From: Frankiaceae bacterium
GTDB taxonomy: Bacteria; Actinomycetota; Actinomycetes; Frankiales; Frankiaceae
DNA length: 38,446 bases
NCBI GenBank assembly: GCA_017882765.1
Contig: JADGOW010000001.1
Location: 1-38,446, forward strand
Direction: 5' to 3'
The notes under the pieces were generated by a model. The model was not told the origin of the DNA, ran no database searches, and saw nothing but the letters and a program-made list of their open reading frames with translations. The translations under genes and the position numbers were made by a program. This document shows positions 6,377 through 13,674 of this stretch, piece by piece; position 1 is the stretch's first letter, and each line of letters starts with the position of its first letter.

Positions 6377-8260
6377 TCAGACCGGCTCGTGGCGCAGCAG
6401 CGGTCGCAACGCGTCGAGGATCGCCGGGTCGTCGATGGTCGACGGCACAGGCTCGTTGCGTCCGGCAGCGATCCCGCGCATCGTGCCCCGCAGGATCTTC
6501 CCGGACCGGGTCTTGGGCAGGCCCGCGACGACATCGACCTCGCGCAATGACGCCACCGCCCCGACCTGGTCGCGCACCCGCTGGACCAGCTCGGCGCAGA
6601 TGTCCGCAGCGTCCCGGCTGACGCCGGCCTTGAGGACCACGAAGCCGCGCGGGACCTCCCCCTTCAACTCGTCGGCGACGCCGATGACGGTGCACTCGGC
6701 TACGTCGGGGTGCTCGGCGATGACCCCCTCCATCGTCCCCGTCGACAGCCGGTGACCAGCCACGTTGATGACGTCGTCGACCCGGCCCATCACGTACACA
6801 TAGCCGTCCTCGTCGACATGACCGCCATCGCCGGTGACGTAGTACCCGGGGAAGCGCGTGAGGTAGCTGCTGATGTAGCGATCGTCGTCCTGCCACAACG
6901 TGGGAAGGGTTCCCGGCGGCAGGGGCAGGCGGATCGCGAGCGCACCCTCGGTTCCGGCCGGCACCTCGTTCCCCTCCTCGTCGAGCACCCGAACGTCGTA
7001 GCCGGGCACCGGCACCGTCGGCGACCCGGGCTTGACCGGCATCGGCTCCAGGCCCATGAGGTTGGCGACGATCGCCCACCCCGTCTCGGTCTGCCACCAG
7101 TGGTCGATGACCGGGATGTGCAGCAGGTCACTGGCCCACCTGTAGGTCTCCGGGTCGGTCCGCTCGCCGGCCAGGAACAAAATCTTGAAGCACGAGATGT
7201 CGTAGTCTTCGATGCGCGCGCCCTTCGGGTCCTCCTTCTTGATGGCGCGGAAGGCCGTAGGCGCGGTGAACATGGACTTGACACCGTGCTCGCTGATCAC
7301 TCGCCAGAACGCGCCGGCATCGGGTGTGCCCACCGGCTTGCCCTCGTAGAGCACCGAGGTGGCGCCGATGATCAGCGGGGCGTAGACGATGTAGGAGTGG
7401 CCGACGACCCAGCCGATGTCGGAAGCGGCCCACCACACGTCGCCCGGGCCGATGTCGTAGATGGCGCCCATGCTCCACGCGAGCGCAACCGCGTGCCCGC
7501 CGGTGTCGCGCACGACTCCCTTCGGCTTGGCCGTGGTGCCGGACGTGTAGAGGATGTACAGCGGGTCGGTGGCCTGCACGGAAACGCACTCGGCCGGCTG
7601 CGCTGCCGAAATCGCCTCGTGCCAGTCCAGGTCCCGATCGCCCAAAGTCGCAGGCGACTGCGGGCGCTGCACGATGATGCAGTGATCGGGCTTGTGGGCG
7701 GCAATGTCGATCGCGCGCTCGAGCATGGGCTTGTACTCGATGATCCGCTTGCCCTCGATACCGCAGGAGGCCGAGATGACCACCTTGGGTTGGGCGTCGT
7801 CGATTCTGGTCGCGAGTTCGTTCGGCGCGAAGCCACCGAACACCACGGAGTGGACCGCCCCCAGTCGAGAGCAAGCCAGCATGGCCGTCACTGCCTCGGG
7901 GACCATCGGCATGTAGAGCACGACCCGGTCGCCCTTCTGCACGCCCAGGGCGCGCAGGGCACCGGCGCAGCGCGCCACCTCCTCCTGGAGGTCGCTGTAG
8001 GTAATCTTGCGGCCCGTGCCGGTGACCGGGCTGTCGTAGATGATCGCCACCTGCTCGCCGCGCCCCTGCTCCACGTGCCGGTCGACGGCGTTGTAGCAGG
8101 TGTTGAGCCGACCGTCGGGGAACCATTGGTAGAACGGGTCGCCCGAAGCGTCGAGCACCGTCGTCGGCTCCTGGTCCCACGAGATCAGACGGGCGGCATC
8201 GCCCCAGAAGCCGGTCGGGTCATTGACACTACGGGAGAAAGCACTGGAATAGGCGGTCAC
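6377..8260 (-). CDS. prpE: Propionate/acetate--CoA ligase (AMP-forming, PrpE-like member of the Acs family)
   Basis: ORF 6377..8341. With the GTG at 8260 the product is 627 aa and collinear with enterobacterial PrpE as recalled (SRSVNDPTGFW, VVFGGFAPNELATRIDDAQPKVVISASCG, YTSGTTAKPKGV, DDVINVAGHRLST, LPKTRSGKILR, STIDDPAILD). Codons upstream of 8260 have poor GC3. Substrate assignment is tentative. Confidence 0.8.
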   Translation of the reverse strand: MTAYSSAFSRSVNDPTGFWGDAARLISWDQEPTTVLDASGDPFYQWFPDGRLNTCYNAVDRHVEQGRGEQVAIIYDSPVTGTGRKITYSDLQEEVARCAGALRALGVQKGDRVVLYMPMVPEAVTAMLACSRLGAVHSVVFGGFAPNELATRIDDAQPKVVISASCGIEGKRIIEYKPMLERAIDIAAHKPDHCIIVQRPQSPATLGDRDLDWHEAISAAQPAECVSVQATDPLYILYTSGTTAKPKGVVRDTGGHAVALAWSMGAIYDIGPGDVWWAASDIGWVVGHSYIVYAPLIIGATSVLYEGKPVGTPDAGAFWRVISEHGVKSMFTAPTAFRAIKKEDPKGARIEDYDISCFKILFLAGERTDPETYRWASDLLHIPVIDHWWQTETGWAIVANLMGLEPMPVKPGSPTVPVPGYDVRVLDEEGNEVPAGTEGALAIRLPLPPGTLPTLWQDDDRYISSYLTRFPGYYVTGDGGHVDEDGYVYVMGRVDDVINVAGHRLSTGTMEGVIAEHPDVAECTVIGVADELKGEVPRGFVVLKAGVSRDAADICAELVQRVRDQVGAVASLREVDVVAGLPKTRSGKILRGTMRGIAAGRNEPVPSTIDDPAILDALRPLLRHEPV

Positions 8261-8546
8261 ATCAGCCCCCACAAAGAGTTCGCCGCCCCGCACAACATGG
8301 GTGTGCGGTGAAGGCCGCTGGTATTTCCCGAGACACTGCACCCCTGCTCCGAGGATCGCATGGGGCCATCAGACCCACAGCGCAGGGCCAAGAGCCCCAG
8401 CGCGGAGGCCAGTGCTGTATGGCCGCCGACCGCCGCTGGACCTTGACCTATCGAGTAAACCGGTGCCGGCGGAGTCAGCCCCTGGGGCATTGTTGGTGGT
8501 CGATGCTGCGAGCGGATACCCGAAGCATTTGGCATCGCCGCCGAGA

Positions 8547-9130
8547 TCACCACCCTGCAGGGTCAGGTCCAGGAGCCAGCGGGCGGATCCAGGCGCCATC
8601 GTAGTAGGGCGACCGAGCGCAGGCTTCACAGATTTCGTGGCGCTCGGGATCCTGGGGTAGGCGAGCCTCGATCACAGCTGGTCCCAGGCAGTCGTCACAG
8701 AGCACGTAGCCCCCACCCGGCAGCGGTGTCCGGGGCACCGTATCGAGGGGCGACGCGCAGCGAGGGGAGGGGATGCCGGTGCCGGCGGCGCCCGGCCGCG
8801 TGGTCTTCGGTGGGCGCACCTCGAGCAGCGTGAAGGGGAATCGGGCCGCGAGGATTTCGCCGGCGTTGGAGTGACGGACCGTAGTCATGAGTTGCCTTCC
8901 CCGGGTTCGGCCAGGCGGATTCGGAGGTGTCCGAGCGGAGCCCGACATACCGGACCCCGACCCCGTGCGGTCGACCGGAACCGACGGCTCGGGATCGGGG
9001 TCGGGCAGCCACGAGTGGCTGGCTCGGCCGAGCTGCGCAAACCCTGCAATCGCCCGTCCGCTGCGTGCTGTGCGGAGGAGCTCGGCGCTCTCGCCCGTGA
9101 GCGCGGCGGGTCTGCGCGCTCGGCCGGCAT
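8547..9130 (-). pseudogene. Decayed, frameshifted and internally deleted paralogue of the N-terminal ~215 codons of the acyl-CoA dehydrogenase at 15398..16543. Alternative reading: an 81-aa ORF (8885..9130) coupled by ATGA to a 113-aa Cys-rich ORF (8547..8888).
   Basis: RBS and first codons match the ACAD gene: GGGAGGcccccATGCCGGCCGAGCGCG here versus GGAGGggtcccATGCCGGCTGAGCGCG there (both MPAER). GCGCTCACGGGCGAGAGCGCCGA matches GCGCTGACAAGCGAGATCGCCGA at 19/23 but lies 22 nt closer to the ATG, which shifts the frame. In the shifted frame there are collinear echoes of the ACAD protein: ALTGESAE/ALTSEIAD, FAQLGRA..LPDP/FRLLGEA..LPYP, EILAARF/EEIAARW, GGGYVLC/GGEYVLS, DGAW/DGAM. My hand count of GC3 is about 73-79%, against near-saturation in neighbouring genes. 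Confidence 0.45.
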
Positions 9131-9158
9131 GGGGGCCTCCCGTTTCGTGACCTAGCTC

Positions 9159-9199
9159 ACAGTACCAGGGGACGTCCGCCAGTACTGAGCCAGGGGTCC
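9159..9199. promoter_or_regulatory. Operator-like 41-bp element (copy A), containing a 30-bp imperfect palindrome
   Basis: ACAGTACCAGGGGACGTCCGCCAGTACTGAGCCAGGGGTCC is 37/41 identical to 16575-16615. It lies 28 nt upstream of the MPAER ATG at 9130, close to the spacing of copy B from the ACAD start. Confidence 0.6.
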
Positions 9200-9208
9200 T
9201 CGCGCTGC

Positions 9209-9280
9209 GGGCCGATAGTCCCTCCCGGGGCCGACAGTCCCCCTCCCGGGGCCGACAGTCCCCTCCCGGCCGACGACCGG
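9209..9280. repeat. About 3.5 tandem copies of an 18-21-bp unit GGGGCCGACAGTCCCCTCCC
   Basis: Units at 9209-9226, 9227-9247 and 9248-9267, with a partial unit at 9268-9280. Unit junctions form CCCGGG palindromes. Confidence 0.85.
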
Positions 9281-9320
9281 ACGGCCGAACGCCGGGACGG
9301 CAGACGCCCGGACAGCCGCA

Positions 9321-9358
9321 CGCCGGGCCACCCAGCCCGCAGACTGGGTGGCCCGGCG
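9321..9358 (-). terminator. Perfect 15-bp-stem hairpin 20 nt downstream of the acs stop
   Basis: CGCCGGGCCACCCAG (9321-9335), loop cccgcaga, CTGGGTGGCCCGGCG (9344-9358). No clear U-tract. Confidence 0.6.
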
Positions 9359-9377
9359 TTGCGCCTACGTGGTCTCG

Positions 9378-11492
9378 CTACTCGGCGTTCCCGAACTTTC
9401 TGATTTCGTCTGCTTCTTGGGGGGTGAGTTGGCGCGGGGTCTGCCCGCGGGCCAGTTTCTCGGCTTGGACGTGGTGGCGGATGCTGTCGACGATCTCCGG
9501 GTTGGACAAGGTGGTGGTGTCCCCGACATCGCCGAAGTTGGAAATCGCGGCAATCACCCGCCGCATGATCTTCCCGGAGCGCGTCTTGGGCATGTCCGGG
9601 ACGATCCACACGTGCATCGGCCGAGCGATCTTGCCGATGTGGGTGTCGATGGCCTGAGCCACCTTGCGCTCGATGCCCTCGCTCGCGGTGACGCCGGGCT
9701 TGAGCGAGACGTACATCTCCACCGCTCTACCGCGTACCTCGTCGATGACCGGCACCGCCGCGGCCTCGGCCACCTCCTCCACCGTCAGGCTCGCCGATTC
9801 CAGCTCCTTGGTCCCCAGCCGATGCCCGGCAACGTTGATGACGTCGTCGACCCGGCCGAGGATCCGGAAATACCCATCGGCGGCCTGCACCGCCCCGTCC
9901 CCGGCGAAATACGGCCAGTCCCGCCAGTCCGTGCTGTCAGGGTTCCGGCAGTACTTCTCGTAGTAGATCTGCACGAACCGCTCCGGCTGACCCCAGATCG
10001 TCTCGAAGATCCCCGGCCACGGATTCCGGATGCAGATATTGCCCGCCTTGCCGCTGCCTGCCGGGACCACGTCCCCGTGCTCGTCATAGATCACCGGGTA
10101 GACACCCAGCACCCCCGGCCCGCAACTGCCCGGTTTCATCGGCTCCAACGCCGGCAGTGTCGCCCCTAAGAACCCGCCGTTCTCGGTCTGCCACCAGGTA
10201 TCCACCACGACCGCCTCGCCCTTGCCGACGACGTCGCGGTACCACCGCCACACCTCCGGCTCGATCGGCTCGCCCACCGTCGTCATGTGCTTGAAATGGT
10301 GGTCATGTTGGCGGGGCTCGTCCGGGCCGAGCTTGCGCAACATCCGGATCGCGGTCGGCGCCGTATGGAAGATGGTCACCCCCAGCCGCTCCGCGATCCG
10401 CCAGGGCCGGCCCGGGTCCGGATAGGTCGGTACCCCCTCGTACAGCACGCTCGTCGTCCCCAACGACAAGGGCCCGTACACGATGTAGGAATGTCCGGTG
10501 ATCCACCCGATGTCGGCCATGCACCAGTACGTGTCGTTCGGATGGATGTCCTGGTAGTACTTCGACGTGCCGGTCACATACGCGAGATAGCCGCCGGTGC
10601 TGTGCTGGCAGCCCTTCGGCTGCGCCGTCGTCCCACTCGTGTACATCAAGAACAACGGGGCCTCGGCCGGCATCGACACCGGCTCCACCACCGCGTCGCG
10701 GTAATCGCGGAGCACCTCGTCGACGAACACGTCCCGGCCGGTCACCATCGGAGCACGCGAGGCGTACTGGCCCCGGTGCCGCCGCCACACCAGCACCGTG
10801 TCCACCGGTTGCCCCAACTCGGCCGCGCGCGCCACCGCCTCGTCGGCTTTGACCTTGTGGTCGACGAGCTCGCCGTTGCGGTAATACCCGTCCATCGTCA
10901 CCAACACCCGGCTGCCGGAGTCGGCGATCCGCTCCCCGCACGCCCCGCCGCTGAACCCGCCGAACACCTGTGAATGGATCACACCCAGTCGGGCGCACGC
11001 CAACATCGACACCGGCAGATCCGGGACCATCGGCAGGTGGAACGTCACCCGGTCCCCCGCTCGCAACCGGCCGAAATCGCGCAGCAAGGCGGCGAACTCG
11101 TTCACCCGCCGGTACAACTCCTGGTACGTGACGGCGACCGTCCCGTCGGCCTCCGGCTCGGGCACCCACACCAGCGCAGCCTTGTTCCGGTCCGTCGCCA
11201 GGTGCCGGTCCACACAGTTGTAGCTCGCGTTCAACCGGCCCCCGACAAACCACTTCCAGAACGGCGGGTTACTCGTGTCCAACGTGGTCTGCCACCGCGC
11301 GTCCCACGACAGCAAGTCCGCGTACTCCGTGAAGCACTCCGGGAACCGCTCCTCGGCGAACCGCGTCCGAATCTCCGGATCCGCCGCATTCGCCTGCGCC
11401 ACGAACCCCGCCGGCGGGAAGTCGTACTCCTCCTCCCGCCAATGCACCGCAATCTGCGCCTCAGATAGCTCCGACTGCTGCTCCGTCACCAT
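9378..11492 (-). CDS. acs: Acetyl-CoA synthetase (acetate--CoA ligase, AMP-forming)
   Basis: ORF 9378..11504; I prefer the ATG at 11492 (GGGAGG upstream). 704 aa. Motifs: SYNCVDRHL, HLPMVPDLPVSMLACARLGVIHSQVFGGFS, YTSGTTAQPKG, WWQTENGG, DDVINVAGHRLGT, MPKTRSGKIMRR, GDTTTLSNPEIV. Confidence 0.9.
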   Translation of the reverse strand: MVTEQQSELSEAQIAVHWREEEYDFPPAGFVAQANAADPEIRTRFAEERFPECFTEYADLLSWDARWQTTLDTSNPPFWKWFVGGRLNASYNCVDRHLATDRNKAALVWVPEPEADGTVAVTYQELYRRVNEFAALLRDFGRLRAGDRVTFHLPMVPDLPVSMLACARLGVIHSQVFGGFSGGACGERIADSGSRVLVTMDGYYRNGELVDHKVKADEAVARAAELGQPVDTVLVWRRHRGQYASRAPMVTGRDVFVDEVLRDYRDAVVEPVSMPAEAPLFLMYTSGTTAQPKGCQHSTGGYLAYVTGTSKYYQDIHPNDTYWCMADIGWITGHSYIVYGPLSLGTTSVLYEGVPTYPDPGRPWRIAERLGVTIFHTAPTAIRMLRKLGPDEPRQHDHHFKHMTTVGEPIEPEVWRWYRDVVGKGEAVVVDTWWQTENGGFLGATLPALEPMKPGSCGPGVLGVYPVIYDEHGDVVPAGSGKAGNICIRNPWPGIFETIWGQPERFVQIYYEKYCRNPDSTDWRDWPYFAGDGAVQAADGYFRILGRVDDVINVAGHRLGTKELESASLTVEEVAEAAAVPVIDEVRGRAVEMYVSLKPGVTASEGIERKVAQAIDTHIGKIARPMHVWIVPDMPKTRSGKIMRRVIAAISNFGDVGDTTTLSNPEIVDSIRHHVQAEKLARGQTPRQLTPQEADEIRKFGNAE

Positions 11493-11620
11493 GGCCCCTC
11501 CCAAAGGCTGCCAACACGCGCGTCAAACCGAGTCACTGTGTACGGACCGGACAGTTGATCCCTGCGCCAGGGCCGCCGACCGGCAACACCTGCGGCCTGT
11601 TGCCCCGCTACTAAATGTCT

Positions 11621-11660
11621 GCCCGGTCGGGTCGCCGCTTGCGCGGCGACCCGACCGGGC
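11621..11660 (-). terminator. 18-bp perfect-stem hairpin downstream of satP
   Basis: GCCCGGTCGGGTCGCCGC (11621-11638), loop ttgc, GCGGCGACCCGACCGGGC (11643-11660). On the minus strand it is followed by AGACATTTAG. A second long-range stem (11664-11680 with 11712-11730, 2-nt bulge) overlaps the satP stop. Confidence 0.6.
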
Positions 11661-11716
11661 CTTCCTTCAAGGTGACCTTCAGCGCCCCGATACGGCGCAG
11701 TAAGCCGCCGCGAAGG

Positions 11717-12400
11717 TCACTTCTTGAAGGGGAACATGGGCGCGACCGTGCGGCCGTACATGCCGTTGAGGAGACCTGAGGCGCTGGCGTACCACGCGCC
11801 GAACGCGGTGACGATGCCCAGGTACCCACCCCACTCGGTCAGCCACGTGATGTCGGGGTTGAACTTGCCGAATATCAGCAACAGGAAGGTGACCATCAGC
11901 ACGCAGAAGACGCCGGCCAGGACTTTGCTGGTGCGGAACGACGCGATCAGCATGTACACGGTGGGGATGGTCCACGCGATCAGGTAGATGCCCTTTGCGG
12001 TAAGCACGTCGGCCTTGGGGACCTCCTCCAAGACCAGCCATTCCATGACCGCCAGCCCCACCCAGAACGCGCCGTAACTGGAGAAGACAAGCGCGCCGAA
12101 GGTGTTGTTCTTCTTGAACTCCCACATCCCGGCCAGGATCTGAATGACCCCGCCGTACACCAGCGCCATCGGCAGCACGATGTGGGTCAGACCTGGAGTG
12201 TCGACCATCCCCGCGTTGAACAGGCTCAGGATGAAGGTCGTCAGCGCGAAGGCGGCCAGTCCCAGCGGGCCCGGGTCGGCGATCGAATCAGCCGCCGGGC
12301 GGGACACCACCACCAGTTCCGTTGGGGCCGGTGGCCGCTGCTGGGGCAGTTCGACCCGCAGCTCGTTTGCTTGATCTTGCGGTACAGCTTCCGTCGCCAT
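11717..12400 (-). CDS. satP: Acetate/succinate channel of the GPR1/FUN34/YaaH (SatP/AceTr) family
   Basis: 227 aa with six predicted TM segments and the signature DPGPLGLAAFALTTFILSLFNAG...YGGVIQILAGMWEFKKNNTFGA...SSYGAFW. GAGGAGGG lies 5 nt upstream of the ATG at 12400. Confidence 0.9.
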   Translation of the reverse strand: MATEAVPQDQANELRVELPQQRPPAPTELVVVSRPAADSIADPGPLGLAAFALTTFILSLFNAGMVDTPGLTHIVLPMALVYGGVIQILAGMWEFKKNNTFGALVFSSYGAFWVGLAVMEWLVLEEVPKADVLTAKGIYLIAWTIPTVYMLIASFRTSKVLAGVFCVLMVTFLLLIFGKFNPDITWLTEWGGYLGIVTAFGAWYASASGLLNGMYGRTVAPMFPFKK

Positions 12401-12866
12401 GTCGCCCTCCTCGGGGTTAAGAATTGGCGTCCCGCGGAGCCTGCACTCCGCGCGGCATGACTCGACAGAAGTCCAGTGGCCCGTTGCGGCGGGTCCTTGT
12501 GCCCGCTCCGGCGGCCATTTACAGCCCGCCGCACCCCGGTCGGCCTAACGCAGACGACTCATCCGTGCGGATTCGTGGAAAGCGCGCGAGTTCGGCCATG
12601 CACACCGCGCAGTAGCGGAAGAAGGCAGCAGCACCAGCAGCAGGCAACGTTCCCCCGCGGCCCTGGCACGATCCCGCGATCGGGCTCTCCCGAGGCCGGA
12701 AGGCCCCGGGGGGAGCAAGCCCCTGCCCGCCGGGCCTATAGGCCCTTGTGGCGATGTCCCGCCGGGCGCACAGTCCAGATCCAGATCCAGATCCGGGTCC
12801 GGGTGGGTGCACCGACTCGTTCGGTTCGAACGGTCGGCCAGGTTGGGCACCCGGCTCCCCTAGCGG

Positions 12867-13523
12867 GTGAGCCTGGGTAGCCGATCAGGAATTGGGCGGC
12901 TTCCACCCGGGCCTTTGTCATGCCCGGGCGCGAGATTCCACGCCAAGGTTCCGACCACGTCGCCGCCGCGCCCGCGTGGCAGGGCGGCCCTTTGCTGGGC
13001 AGCGGGAGAGGCTTCCCGACGCGGGGCTCTGCTCACCGCGGCCCGCGCGATTCCTGCTCCGGAGGTTGTGCCGGCAGTTAATGATCAGCTGTGGTGGGAG
13101 ACCGGGCGACGGCTGCGCGACGCGGTATGCGCCGTGACCGGTCCGCAGGCTGCCGAGACGCTGGTACTGGAGGGAGACCCCGCCGGCGAGCTGGTGGATC
13201 TGTCCGAGGAGACCGGGCTGCTGGTGCTCGGGAAATCCAGCCGAGCCAGGCACCGTCCAGTCGCGGGGTCTATCACCCGATACTGCCTCCTGCACGCCCA
13301 CTGCCCCGTCGTACTGGTACCGGAAGAGGCCTCGCCGGGTTTCAGCGCACCCGCACCGGTCGGCCTACGCGATCGCTACGTCGGCAGCCCCCGCACGCCG
13401 CAGGCAGAGCTGGTCACCACGGGGGTGGTCACCAGGGGATGGTCACGACGAGATGAGCACCGTCGCCACCAACCCGGCACGGAACCAGCCAGCGGGCCAG
13501 ATGTGGGGCGACTCTCTACCTGA
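12867..13523 (+). CDS. Universal stress protein (UspA) family-like ORF, probably degenerate
   Basis: ORF 12867..13523. RAALCWAAGEASRRGALL and LVLEGDPAGELVDLSEETGLLVLGKSS...GSITRYCLLHAHCPVVLVPEE resemble USP helix 1 and the C-terminal ATP-binding/beta5 region. The N-terminal beta1 (VxVDGS) is not recognisable, GC3 is lower than in neighbours, and a 60-aa non-USP tail follows. Start uncertain. Confidence 0.4.
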   Translation: MSLGSRSGIGRLPPGPLSCPGARFHAKVPTTSPPRPRGRAALCWAAGEASRRGALLTAARAIPAPEVVPAVNDQLWWETGRRLRDAVCAVTGPQAAETLVLEGDPAGELVDLSEETGLLVLGKSSRARHRPVAGSITRYCLLHAHCPVVLVPEEASPGFSAPAPVGLRDRYVGSPRTPQAELVTTGVVTRGWSRRDEHRRHQPGTEPASGPDVGRLST

Positions 13524-13537
13524 CGACGTAGGGGCGG

Positions 13538-13569
13538 CGGTCGGGCGGTCGGGCGGTCGGGCGGTCGGG
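13538..13569. repeat. Octanucleotide microsatellite (CGGTCGGG)x4
   Basis: Four perfect copies read directly. Confidence 0.9.
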
Positions 13570-13596
13570 CCAGGATGGCGGATGGCGTTACAGATC

Positions 13597-13625
13597 AAGG
13601 GGGCGGCCACGGCGGGCCGCCCCTT
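13597..13625. terminator. Hairpin between the convergent USP-like ORF and the acyl-CoA ligase gene
   Basis: AAGGGGGCGGCC / GGGCCGCCCCTT: 11 bp with one bulged G, loop acggcg, followed by TTTG on the plus strand. Confidence 0.5.
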
Positions 13626-13644
13626 TGCCGAACGAACTGGGCAC

Positions 13645-13669
13645 TACGGAATACGGAATACGGAATACG
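13645..13669. repeat. AT-rich heptanucleotide microsatellite (TACGGAA)x3 plus partial copy
   Basis: tacggaatacggaatacggaatacg read directly. It ends 6 nt before the stop codon (13675-13677) of the minus-strand ligase gene. Confidence 0.9.
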
Positions 13670-13674
13670 ACCGT

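Noticed and set aside
8257-8553. 98-aa minus-strand ORF whose TGA overlaps the proposed GTG start of the PrpE-like gene.
   Set aside because: Low GC3 (about 73% by hand count), no motifs, and no convincing RBS. It is probably the non-coding leader. Its stop/start overlap was noted but is not enough to call a gene.
9157-9609. 150-aa minus-strand ORF overlapping the acs 3' end, the terminator and the tandem array.
   Set aside because: It overlaps a well-supported gene in another frame and runs through repeat and hairpin DNA. The composition is implausible.
11535-11555. ACTGT-N11-ACAGT inverted repeat upstream of acs, considered as a fourth operator copy.
   Set aside because: It shares only a 5-mer with the operator, with opposite half-site arrangement and different spacing. 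This is within chance expectation.
13597-13625. Hairpin with hexaloop ACGGCG (A at position 1, G at position 4), considered as a possible ANTAR (PdtaR) RNA target.
   Set aside because: ANTAR targets are dual tandem hexaloop hairpins in 5' leaders. Only one hairpin is present, and it sits between two gene 3' ends.
13538-13669. Short tandem repeats considered as a possible CRISPR array.
   Set aside because: The units are 7-8 nt and directly abutting with no spacers, and there are no cas genes. These are microsatellites.
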